From Zygnema circumcarinatum SAG 698-1b (Eukaryota; Plantae; Zygnematophyceae), in the NCBI GenBank assembly GCA_037447605.1, contig CM074806.1, positions 1,302,001-1,366,000 of the forward strand: DNA of 64,000 nt, given 5' to 3'. Both the position numbers and the translations under genes were made by a program. This document shows positions 1 to 11,127 of this stretch, one piece after another. How positions within the stretch are numbered: the first letter of the stretch is position 1; every line of letters begins with the position of its first letter. The notes below the pieces were generated by a model. That model searched no databases, was not told the origin of the DNA, and worked only from the letters and a program-made list of their open reading frames with translations.

Positions 1-811
1 CTATCTGCCCGTCCTCCATAGACGAACTGCTTCCCACTTCGTTGTAGTCACGTTGCAAAGGGCTCATGATCGCGTAGAGAAAGGCGACTCCGGGGCTGAT
101 GGTTGCCGCCACGAGGGTGATCCAAACAGCAGAAAGCGGCCGCTCACCTCGAGGATACGCCCAATAGATGATGGCCAGCGCGTACATGCTGATGCACATG
201 ATGTGAAGGAGGATGACGAGGTTCATCATGTGCAGCTGGTCGCGAGGCTTGCGGTGCCCTCCGCGGCAGTAGTACTCTCTCAGCTCCTTCTTGTCCTTGG
301 GAGTCCAACGGTAGAGCATGTAGGAGTGGCGAATGAAGACCGGATGGAAAACTGCGTTCATAAGCACGCAGAGCGCGTTCAGGATTTGCGTGGTGATGTC
401 GGCCCACTCCTCCCTCTTCTCCTTGCTTTCGAAGTATTTGTCGAGGAAGCCGAGCTCAAGGAGGCAGAGCAGCACAGTTCCAACGCCCGACAGGAGAAGC
501 CATATGACAAGCGCAACATTAAGGGGGTCCTTCATGAAGGTCTTGGTCCACTGCCATAGCTGCCCCCACGAGATCTCTCCGTACATGGGAATTTTCACCC
601 CATGCCGCAGACGAATTCTCTTCTTCTTTGCGTCGGCCGGCGAGCCCCCTACTTCAAAAGGGGGGACATCTCCCGCCTCCGCATCGCGTTCAGAGGGGAG
701 GCCTGCGGGGTCCGTCGGTGCTCCCAAAGTGTTCGTTGCCGCGAGCTTGATCTTATGAGGTTGCTCGTGCTGCAAGGGAGAGAGATTCGCTCCCTGCCCT
801 TGGCCGGCCAT
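1..811 (-). CDS. DUF2985/PLAC8-family membrane protein, 5' part (frame runs off the left edge)
   Basis: Open minus frame from ATG at 811 (MAGQGQGANL...) to the window edge, so absent from the ORF track. It contains DPLNVALVIWLL...EWADITTQILNALCVLM...YRWTPKDKKELREYYCRGGHRKP...LHIMCISMYAL...YPRGERP...MSPLQRDY, matching my recollection of plant DUF2985-PLAC8 proteins. Confidence 0.8.
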   Translation of the reverse strand, partial: MAGQGQGANLSPLQHEQPHKIKLAATNTLGAPTDPAGLPSERDAEAGDVPPFEVGGSPADAKKKRIRLRHGVKIPMYGEISWGQLWQWTKTFMKDPLNVALVIWLLLSGVGTVLLCLLELGFLDKYFESKEKREEWADITTQILNALCVLMNAVFHPVFIRHSYMLYRWTPKDKKELREYYCRGGHRKPRDQLHMMNLVILLHIMCISMYALAIIYWAYPRGERPLSAVWITLVAATISPGVAFLYAIMSPLQRDYNEVGSSSSMEDGQI

Positions 812-2821
812 AGTCGCTGCACGGTCATCCAGCAGCGAGTTGAAGTTAAGGACGCCAAACCTTACTGCGCATGCACAATCCCTATCCCGGTGGGAGGCAA
901 AAGGGCATTCTATGCAGTCACAGCACCCGTAGACTCGTCGTCTTTTATCAAGGGAATGACATGGCATAATATGGACAGAAAATTGCATGAACGACCATCG
1001 GATACCCGTTGTGGAGAGGGACCCAATATGCTGACATTATATAACATAAGATTACCCCATCGCTCACATCGTCCATTTCGGTCAAAAAGTCAACCATCAG
1101 CATTCTTTCACGTGCTGAGAAATCGTTTTCGCTTCTTCAGATTTCTTCGTCGCAGTCAAGTTTCTTGTCTAAATCACGTCAAAATCCAAACCTAACAGTG
1201 TCTTACAACCCAAGCAGACAAAGAGACGTTGTGCATGCGCATTAAGGGATACATTCCTGCAATTATTTGCCGCTGAAACCCACCGAGCTCGTTGCTCTCG
1301 TATACCTGTAATGTCATTGTGACTTCAACTAAAAAGCACTGTTTGATGCCAGAAAATTGCTATGGCTCACAAACAACGACAGGTGGAACCTGAAGGTTAC
1401 TTCTCCCATTCTGTGGATTAAGACCTTTTGACACAAAACAATCTTGCAATCCACATGATCAACCATTAACCCGCTACCCTTCAATGATCAGAGTTGCCCC
1501 TCTCGCCAACTAAAAGCTGTATTATCTCACTAATTTGTAATCTCCCGACTCCATTGACAGTGCCCAAGCCTGCCGTTACTGCAGTATTGAAAATAGAGAA
1601 ATGCAGATCTGCAGCAGTCGAACCAGAACCTCCCTCCCCGTTCGGCCAGCGACAACGGTCGACGGGATCGACCGAGAAGAGGAAATCGAAGCGGAGACCA
1701 AAGAATGAACGCGCCATTCCACAACCTTGAGACGACCGCGAAGAATGAACGAAGGCAAACTCACCACAAACAGCTCAAATGCTTTCAACGAAAGACGAAC
1801 GCCAACGTGCTGCTTCGCTCTCTAGCCTCTCCTCCCACCTCCCTGGCCGCCTCCCCTCCTACCCCGTCCTCCAGATCCGCACTCTTCGCCCCTTCCAGCG
1901 CCCCAGGTCCCTTCCTCCCAGAAGCGGCTCATTCACCCGCGGTCCCCCCCCCTCCCCTCCCCTCCCCTCCCCTCCTTTCCCCTCCCGTCCCTTCTTCCCC
2001 CCTTCTCTCCGCCTTCTCCCCGCCTTCCTCTCCCCCTCCCTCCTCCCCCACGCGGAAGCTTCCCTCCCTCCCCATCGGCACGGGGGAGCACCCGCCCAAG
2101 CGTGCGGCCGGCCGGCCCTGCCTCCACCCCCATACGGTCTGGTACGGAATGGTACAGCATTGTACGGCCCAGAACCGCACGGCAGGTGGAGGCCGGCACC
2201 CGGCGGGCGGGCGGGCGCGAGGGCCATTCGCACAGTGTGAACGGAGATGGCAATTTCAGTCAACGAGGGGGTAGGTTTGACCCGGCACTGCAGTACCGTA
2301 GCGCGGTTATCGACCGTACGTTCCCGTTCGTTGACATCGAACGAATTTCTCCGGCAGTTCCACGATGTTGGGAAAAACTTGTTCACGGAGATGGCATATC
2401 CGAGTCGGATGAAATTTATTTCAAGAAAGTACTCGTTATGGCCACAACACTAGTACTACTGGAGCGTCCACTTGTCGTTCGATCTCTCCACACGAGTCTG
2501 CAAGGGCCCGGCGCCAACCCCTTCCCGCCGCCCGTATGGCGGCGTGACACGTGCCGTTCGATTTCCCGCCACGTGTGCCTGGCCATACGGCCGCCCGCAG
2601 CTGCGCCGCCGCGAGGTTGGGAATTCTCCCGCGAAGTACGACCGCCGCCGGCGCGCGGTACGACCCGAGAGGGCAGTACAGGAGTGAGGCCTCGCCGTCG
2701 CCGCCGGCGGAGGGAGGGAGGGAGGGATGGAGCGAGGGAGAGCTGCCTGCTGCGGCAAGCGAGGGCTACTTCTCGCATCGCGCGCCTGCCTGCCTGCCTG
2801 CCACTCTCGTCCACGGCCGCT

Positions 2822-5640
2822 ATGGCTGCTCTCTCTGGGAAAGCAATTTGCGCGGCGGTCCTCGTGGCAGCGGTAACGGTGATCCTAGCGGCAGGAGCGA
2901 GCGCGCAGACACAGTGCTACACGTCGTACCGCTTCGTGCCGGGGAGCAACTACAGCACCTGCGCCGTCTTGAACGACAACTCCACGCTCGCGTGGACGCT
3001 CGACAGGACGGACAACGAAAACAAGGTGCTGCACGGGCTGTTCGTCTCCGTGGCCAAGCAGCCGGCGGGATGGGTCGCGTGGGGGGTCAACCGCGCTGGC
3101 AAGATTTCGCGGATGGCCAACTCCACCGTGCTCGCCTGCTACAACGGAGCGAACGGCCCTGCGATTTACCAACTGGCTCTGGGGGACGAAGACATCAACA
3201 CCGTGCTCCTGGACGAAGACAGCTCCCTCAATCCCTACAACTTCAGCTCATTCAACGTCACGAAGAAGGAGTGCTTCGTGGACGCCGCCTATCCCGAGGG
3301 CGAGAGGATCTTCATCAGATTCAGCGTCAGCGTTGGCGCCAAGGCAAAGTTCGTCAATGTCTACGGCAAAGGGCCGACATCGAGTTCGGGTGCTGGCGCA
3401 GCAGGCACTGGCATAGAGAACCACGACACGGGGGATTCTCGCACGGACGTTAAGTTGCGGGACTTCCGCGAGTTGCCTACCCCAACAGCCCTTGAGCCTC
3501 TGGCGCCGCCCTCCCCACCACTTGTGCATTCGCCGCCGCCTCCGTCATCTGTATGCGCATCCTTGCTGTTCCACTCATCATCCTGAAAATAGTGGAGGTC
3601 TTCATGGATATTTCTGCAATGCTGTGACCTGTCGATTTGCGTCATCTGAACGACGATTGGCAGGTTTTGTGGAGTGTTCATGCAGGCAAGCTGTCCGCTA
3701 GTAAGCTCTGCGTCTCCCGGAAAGGCGTACCTCGGATGCTCCTACTTGACTGGCGGTGGTCAACTGTTGTGGAAGTATGCGAGTGCGACGAGCACCTTTG
3801 ACGTTGTCTATTCACAGAAGCCCGCAGACTCTCAGAACTGGATATCATGGGGAATTAATGAGTTGGGCGAAGCAGAAATGTCCCCATCCAGCAGCTTGGT
3901 CTGCTTTCAAACAGACGCAGGAGATATGAAGGCCGCCCAGTATTACCTGGCAGAGGACGCGGACGATAAGGTTAACCCAGGGGGGAACCTGAATGTCACC
4001 AGCTTGGCTTGCGTTCGGGATTCTTCTGGAGTCATCTCTTTGGTCTTCTCCATACAGACAAACGCATCCCAGTTTGCGACCATTTGGGGATATGGCCCTG
4101 TCAGGGATTCCACGACCGGAAAGTTGTCGGAGCACTGTGGATCCTGTAGGCACTCAGCAGCCCTAAGAGATTTCAGCGTCTACGGCACGGAAATCATAGC
4201 GAAAGACACCGATCGACGGAAATTAAAAAATGTAGGTTCATCATACGTCTGCTTCCCTGTATACTGCCTGAAGTCCCGCAGCTTAGGTTTCTCCTTTTGG
4301 AGTGGGTGGCCTTTGACTAGGAAGGAATGTGCTCTCGATCGCGGGGTTGAACGGAGTTTTGAGGTTTGTGTGCAGGCCCACGGCATCCTGGCCGCCGTGG
4401 GGTGGGGCACCCTCCTCCCCGTGGGCGGCATGATCGCGCGCTACGCGAAGCCCTTCGCGGACCCGGCGTGGTTCTACTCGCACATCCTCGCGCAGGCGGG
4501 GGGGTACACGCTGGGAGTGGTCGCCTTCGCCCTCGGGATCCGCCTGCACGCGCTGGGGTTCAGGGACAACACGCACCTGGCCATCGCCGTGGCCATTCTT
4601 GTGCTGGGCACGCTGCAGGTCAGACTCACTCACTCACTCACTCACTCACTCACTCACTCACTCACTCACTCACTCACTCACTCACTCACTCACTCACCCA
4701 CTCACTCACCCACACTGACTGCTGCCGTCAAGGGAAGTGTTTGTCGGCTGCACTGAGTGTGCCAGTTCGCATGTGTGAAATGGGCGCTTTTTGGCATCTT
4801 GTGGTTGCGATAGGTAGAAGTGTTGGTTCCAGTTCTTCCCTCAGTGCCGCAGAGAGGGCGGAGCAGTATAGGGTAATGTTTCAGCCTGTGAATGATTGGA
4901 CATGGTCCTTCTTGGGAGTGGCATGAAGGCAGGTGATGTGTCGCATTGTCTGCACTTTGGTCTCCTGTAGAACACAGTTAGCGTGTAGGTATGCAGGATA
5001 CAGCTCACTTCTCACTGCAGTTTCTGCGGGGGAGGCGATTGTTTGTGAGCTCTAGTAAAGTATAGACATTTGCTAAAGATGGAAATGGGGGAAAAATGCA
5101 GATTTTGGTGGTGACGGTGAAGCCGGACAAGAAATCCCCCAGCCGCATCTACTGGAACATCTACCATCATGCTGGCGGCTACTGTACCATTGCGCTCTCC
5201 ATTGTCAACATCTTCATTGGGTTCCATTTGCTAGAGGTACGCCCTTCTTCAGAAGACACCCGGGCGCCTCATGTTAATGAGGAAGCTGTTCAGGGTTTTT
5301 AGGGTTTTTAAAGTGTCAAGCAAGCACTACCAAAGTGCTTGCAATGAGAATGCCTTCCAATGAACCTGTCAAGCCCTTTCAAAAGTCGTTTTTTTCCCAT
5401 TCAGCTAACGTTGAGTCGCTGAATGGATGATGGTTCGGTTTGTTGCAGGCGTACGGCAAGTGGAGGACTGTGTACATCGCGATCATCGCCGCCCTGGGCG
5501 GCCTCTCGCTGCTGCTGGAGGTGCTGACGTGGACCGTGTGGCTGCGGAGGCCCAGCGAGCAGGGCGACGCGGTGGCGCTCAAGGCCGCCAAAAGCGAGGA
5601 GGGGGGAGGCGAGCGCGCCGAAGGGGGGGAGGCCCCCTGA
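2822..5640 (+). CDS. CYBDOM copy 1: signal peptide + two DOMON domains + cytochrome b561 domain
   Basis: Exons 2822-3550, 3686-4231, 4376-4618, 5102-5236, 5449-5640, all phase 0 with GT-AG ends. Four b561 His (AHGIL, WFYSH, THLAI, WNIYHH) and Met/His pairs in both DOMON domains. Confidence 0.9.
4624..4717 (+). repeat. (ACTC)n microsatellite at the 5' end of intron 3 of CYBDOM copy 1 (shorter copy at 8213-8252)
   Basis: Direct reading; it gives the THSL repeats in the ORF track. Confidence 0.95.
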
Positions 5641-5667
5641 GCTGCCGCAGACGGGCAGGCACTCGGT

Positions 5668-5700
5668 TAGTCAGTCAGTCAGTCAGTCAGTCAGTCAGTC
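5668..5700 (+). repeat. (AGTC)n microsatellite just after the CYBDOM stop (paralogous run at about 9193-9214)
   Basis: Direct reading. Confidence 0.9.
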
Positions 5701-6380
5701 CGGCCGGGTAGGGAGGGAGGGAGGGAGGGGGGCCTAGGCTAGCTAGGCAGGTCACACGCGAATAAGCGCGCACGCCATTTTTGTCTATTTTAAAATCTGC
5801 CCGGCGAAAAATGGGGTGTGTCGATCCAAAAAAGGGGTGGATTTATCCCTACCTATTACTATTTATGTTTAATCTACTTCAACTGTCAACTGACTGAATA
5901 TATCATCTCTTTCTTCAACTGACAGTGCCATTTTCTTCATTCTAACTGCGAAGAAGTGATCTTGCGTTTGTGCGCCCACTGAACGCTTGGCAAATGTAGT
6001 AGTGGCCCCCTCGTCGACCGGCTGGTCTCCTGCTCGGTCCGCATTGCGCGATGTCCAAAAAGTACTGACGGCCGCATTCCAGCCAGTCAGTTTTACTGGA
6101 ACAAAATCTTACCGTTAGATTTCCGCACATGAATCCGAACGTGCCCCGCACCAGCCCCCGACCGTCCCCGCCCGCAGCGGCCGTACGCCTGTCCGTGCCA
6201 GTCCGTACAGTCGTACGGCCGCTGCTGGCGGCCCGGAGGGCATCTCCCGCAAAGGTGCGCCCGCCCGCCGCCGCCGCCGCGCGGTACGACCCGAGAGGGC
6301 GCTTCAAGGAGGCTTTGCTATAGCCGCCGCAGGTGGGAGGGAGGGAGAGCTGCCTGCTGCGGGAGCCGATCTCATCGCGC

Positions 6381-6381
6381 G

Positions 6382-6417
<36 letters not shown>

Positions 6418-6418
6418 C
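6381..6418 (+). repeat. (GCCT)n microsatellite in the CYBDOM copy 2 leader (shorter at about 2784-2801 in copy 1)
   Basis: Direct reading. Confidence 0.9.
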
Positions 6419-6442
6419 CAGCCACTCTCGTCCACGGCCGCC

Positions 6443-9174
6443 ATGGCTGTTCTCTCTGGAAAGGCGCTTCGCGCGGCGGCCTTCGTGGCAACGGTAACGG
6501 TGATCCTAGCGGCAGGAGCGAGCGCACAGACACAGTGTTACACGTCGTACAACTTCGTGCCGGGGAGCAACTACAGCACCTGCGCCGTCTTGAACGACAA
6601 CTCCACGCTCGCGTGGACGCTCGACAGGACGGACAACGAAAACAAGGTGCTTCACGGGCTATTCGTCTCCGTGGCGAGGGACACTGCGGGATGGGTCGCC
6701 TGGGGGGTCAACCGCGCTGGCAAGATTTCGCAGATGGGCAACTCCACCGTGCTCGCCTGCTACAACGGAGCGAACGGCCCTGCGATCTACCAGCTGTCTC
6801 TGGGGGACGAAGACATCGATACCGTGCTCCTGGACGAAGACAGCTCCCTCAATCCCTACAACTTCAGCTCATTCAACGTCACGAAGAAGGAGTGCTTCGT
6901 GGACGCCGCCTATCCCGAGGGCGAGAGGATCTTCATCAGATTCAGCGTCAGCGTTGGCGCCAAGGCAAAGTTCGTCAATGTCTACGGCAAAGGGCCGACA
7001 TCGAGTCCGCCTGGTGGCGCAGATGGCACTGGCATAGAGAACCACGGCACGGGGAATTCTCGCACGGATGTTCTGGTTCGGGACTTCCGCGAGTTTCCTA
7101 CCCCAACGGCCATCGAGCCTCTGGCGCCGCCCTCCCCACCACTTGTGCATTCGCCGCCGCCTCCGTCATCTGTAAGCGCACCCTTGCTGTTCCACTCATC
7201 ATCCTGGAAATAGTGGAGGTCGTCATGGATATTTCTGCAATGCTGTGACCTGTCGTCTTGTGTCATCTGAACGACGATTGGCAGGTTTTGTGGAGTGTTC
7301 ATGCAGGCAAGCTGTCCGCTAGTAAGCTCTGCGTCTCCCGGAAAGGCGTACCTCGGATGCTCCTACTTGACTGGCGGTGGTCAACTGTTGTGGAAGTATG
7401 CTAGTGCGACGAGCACCTTGGACGTCGTCTTTTCACAGAAGCCCGCAGACTCTCAGAACTGGATATCATGGGGAATTAATGATTTGGGCAAACCAGCAAT
7501 GCTCCCCTCCAGCAGCTTGGTCTGCTTTCAAACAGACGCAGGAGATATGAAGGCCGCCCAGTATTACCTGTCAGACGAAACGGAAGATGGTGTTAAGCCA
7601 GGGGGGAATCTGAATGTAACCAGCTTGGCTTGCGTTCGGGATTCTGCTGGAGTCATGTCTTTGGTCTTCTCCATACAGACAAACGGATCCCAGTTTGCGA
7701 CCATTTGGGCATATGGCCCTGTCAGCGATTCCACGACCGGAAGGCTGTCGGAGCACTGTGGATCCTGTAGGCAAACAGCAGTTCTAAGAGACTTCAGCGT
7801 CTACGGCACGGAAATCACAACGAAAAACACCGATCGACGGAAGCTAAAGAATGTAGGTTCATCATACGTCTGCTCGCAGCTTAGATTTCTCCTATTGGAG
7901 TGGGTGGCCTTTGACTAGGAATGAATGTGCTCTTCATCGTTTGCGATGCGCGGGGCGCGTGCAGGCCCACGGCATCCTGGCCGCCGTGGGGTGGGGCACC
8001 CTCCTCCCCGTGGGCGGCATGATCGCGCGCTACGCGAAGCCCTTCGCGGACCCGGCGTGGTTCTACTCGCACATCCTCGCGCAGGCGGGGGGGTACACGC
8101 TGGGAGTGGTCGCCTTCGCCCTCGGGATCCGCCTGCACGCGCTGGGGTTCAGGGACAACACGCACCTGGCCATCGCCGTGGCCATTCTTGTGCTGGGCAC
8201 GCTGCAGGTCAGACTCACTCACTCACTCACTCACTCACTCACTCACTCACTGACTGCTGCAGTCAGGGAAAGTGTTGTCGGCTGCACTGAGTGTGCCAGG
8301 TAGCATGTGTGAAATGGGCGCTTTTTGGCATTTTGTGGCTGCATTAGTTAGAATGGTTGGTTCCTGTTCCTCCCTCAGTGCCGCAGTGAAGGCGGATCAG
8401 TATAGGGTAACGTTCCATCCTGTGAATGATTGGACATGGTCCTTCTTGGGAGTGGCATGAAGGCAGGTGATGTGTGCCCATTGTCTGCACTTTGGTCTCC
8501 GTAGAACACACTTACCGTGTAGATATGCAGGATACAGCTCACTTCTCACTGCAGTTTCTGCGGAGGAGGCGGTTGTTTGCGAGCTCTTGTAAAGTATAGA
8601 CATTTGCTAAAGATGGAAATGGGGGAAAAATGCAGATTTTGGTGGTGACGGTGAAGCCGGACAAGAAATCCCCCAGCCGCATCTACTGGAACATCTACCA
8701 TCATGCTGGCGGCTACTGTACCATTGCGCTCTCCATTGTCAACATCTTCATTGGGTTCCATTTGCTAGAGGTACGCCCTTCTTCAGAAGACACCCGGGCG
8801 CCTCATGTTAATGAGGAAGCTGTTCAGGGTTTTTAGGGTTTTTAAAGTGTCAAGCAAGCACTACCAAAGTGCTTGCAATGAGAATGCCTTCCAATGAACC
8901 TGTCAAGCCCTTTCAAAAGTCGTTTTTTTCCCATTCAGGTAACGTTGAGTCGCTGAATGGATGATGGTTCGGTTTGTTGCAGGCGTACGGCAAGTGGAGG
9001 ACTGTGTACATCGCGATCATCGCCGCCCTGGGCGGCCTCTCGCTGCTGCTGGAGGTGCTGACGTGGACCGTGTGGCTGCGGAGGCCCAGCGAGCAGGGCG
9101 ACGCGGTGGCGCTCAAGGCCGCCAAAAGCGAGGAGGGGGGAGGCGAGCGCGCCGAAGGGGGGGAGGCCCCCTGA
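6443..9174 (+). CDS. CYBDOM copy 2 (tandem duplicate of copy 1)
   Basis: Exons 6443-7171, 7307-7852, 7965-8207, 8636-8770, 8983-9174. Exon lengths equal those of copy 1 and the frame is intact. Confidence 0.9.
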
Positions 9175-11127
9175 GCTGCCGCAGACGGGCACTCAGTCAG
9201 TCAGTCAGTCAGTCCGCCGGGTAGAGGGGGAGGGAGGGAGGGGCCTAGGCTAGCTAGGCAGGTCACACGCGAATAAGCGCGTACGTTTGGATCGATCGGA
9301 TCAGCAGGACGGGAGGATGCAGAGGGTTTCAATCGCATTGACATTATCATCATCTTATTATTATTTATGTTTAGTCGACTTCCACTGGCAGTGCCAGCTT
9401 CTTCATTTCAACTGCGAAGTGATCTTGCGTTTGTGCGCGTATTGCATGCTTGTCAAATGTAGTAGTAGCGGCCCCCTCGTCGATCGGCCGGTCTCCTGCT
9501 CGGAGCGCATTGTATGATGTCCACCGACCGTCCGACCGACGGCGAGCGCCGCGGCTCCTCCTGGCCGCTTCCCCCCGTCCTTGAAGGCGGGCGGGCAGGC
9601 ACGCGGGGGCCCAGCCGAGCCAGGCCGGGCCCTTCCCGCCCTTCCCCGGATGGTCCGGTCACGACCGTTGAGGGAGGTCCGTCCTTGAGGCTGAGCTTTC
9701 TCCCCCCCCCCCTCCCGCCCCCACCCCCTCCGTCCCTCCGAGCCGCAAACCACGAGTAGCCAACGGCCGCCCAAAGAGGTCGAGATGGCAACCAGCCCCG
9801 TGCAAGGGGCCCCAACGGCTCCGGAGCCGCCGACCGCTCCCAGGCGCGCCTCGCGGAGGGACTGTCGATCGGTCGGTGCCATGTCGGTGGTGGGCGCGTG
9901 GCCGTCCCACGACTGCAGCTTGCGTCGGCGAATATACCGTCCGTACGTCCGGGCCTGCACCGACGAGCGGGATCCCGGGCAGGTGCACTGCACCGCGCCG
10001 CCCGCCCGGCGTCTCGCAGAAGCGAACATGGCACGCCGCGTCGTGTAGCGCGCAGCCGGCTGGCGGCATCTGCAGACTGCAGGGCATCCCGCTGCCGCAG
10101 TCGCGCTGTCGCGCGTCGGGCGGGCGGATGACGAATGACGTCAGCAGCCGCCGCCGACTGGCACCACGTCACGTCACGAGGTGTCACGTCACCAATTAGG
10201 TTGAACACATAAGAAATTAAAGATTCTGGGCTTTTTGGGCCGCAGCTGATTTCTGCGCACCGTACGTCGCACTATTCCGTCCAGCTGCAAACAGTTGGCG
10301 AACAATACCATTGTCCGCCATTCGTTGGCTGGTTAATGGTTGCAACCGTTGGCGAGGGCGATCACCATTGACGCAATCAATGGTTGTAAGCATTGGATCT
10401 GATGGTTTGCAAACTTTCCAGTTGCTCGCTCCACTGGTTGCATCTGCGCAGTGTTGGAACCGTACAGTAGCAGAGCCTAGCACATGTCGGACCATTAGGA
10501 GTTTCACCCATTGACTGATGGAATTTCGAGTGTCTTGACCCCCTCGCCCAGATGGCCATGTCACACTGCGCACCATACCCAGCCCGCAACGCGACTTTGC
10601 TGAGTTACGGGCAAAGCTGACCAGCATAGATACATCTGAACCGTCGCAAAAGTTGGGACCCACACGAGGGGGCAAACACATTCAGAACTTGAAACAAGAC
10701 GAAATGAAGTCCAAAGACTCAATTGACAGCGCCTTTCCTTCCGAGCTCCCTTCTCCTTTCCGGAAACCACTCCCCTGTTCTTTGAGAGAAAACGAGGTGC
10801 TCGGCGCAACGAGACACATCAAAACCCTCTTAACTTTTCAAATGAAATGCCTATACAGAGTTGACATCTACTTGTGAAAGGCTTGCACATGCATTAAGAG
10901 CCAAGATTCACAAATAAAAATCAGACATACTTGGTGCTGTGAATTCAACACAGTGACTCCGATTTATCTCCCTGAAACCCCTTGAAGCTCCCCTTCAGCG
11001 AGGCGTGAGGATACCTGCTGCACAGTGACCTTATTCCTGGTTCAATTATGCTCTCCTCATTCGGAAAGACAATGTCTCTACACCTCCTCCGCATAATATG
11101 GCTGAACATCAGAATCATTACCACCCG

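Larger units (their letters stand above)
2620..9520 (+). repeat. Tandem segmental duplication, two ~3.3-3.4 kb units (about 2620-6060 and 6240-9520)
   Basis: Similarity extends beyond the CDS: shared proximal promoter (GCGCGGTACGACCCGAGAGGGC), (GCCT)n in the leader, shared introns, (AGTC)n after the stop and a shared 3' flank. Breakpoints are approximate. Confidence 0.85.

Noticed and set aside
53-1195. Plus-strand ORFs of 168, 141 and 197 aa at the window start
   Set aside because: They are antisense shadows of the DUF2985 CDS on the minus strand and have no recognisable motifs.
1705-2814. Many Pro- or Gly/Arg-rich ORFs and the 240-aa N-terminal extension of ORF 2102-3586
   Set aside because: Products of GC- and CT-rich promoter sequence. 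The CYBDOM signal peptide and the paralogous start indicate the ATG at 2822.
4136-4156. c-type cytochrome CxxCH heme attachment site in DOMON2
   Set aside because: The spacing is CxxCxH, the His is replaced by Gln in copy 2, and secreted eukaryotic proteins lack c-type maturation machinery. A disulfide is more plausible.
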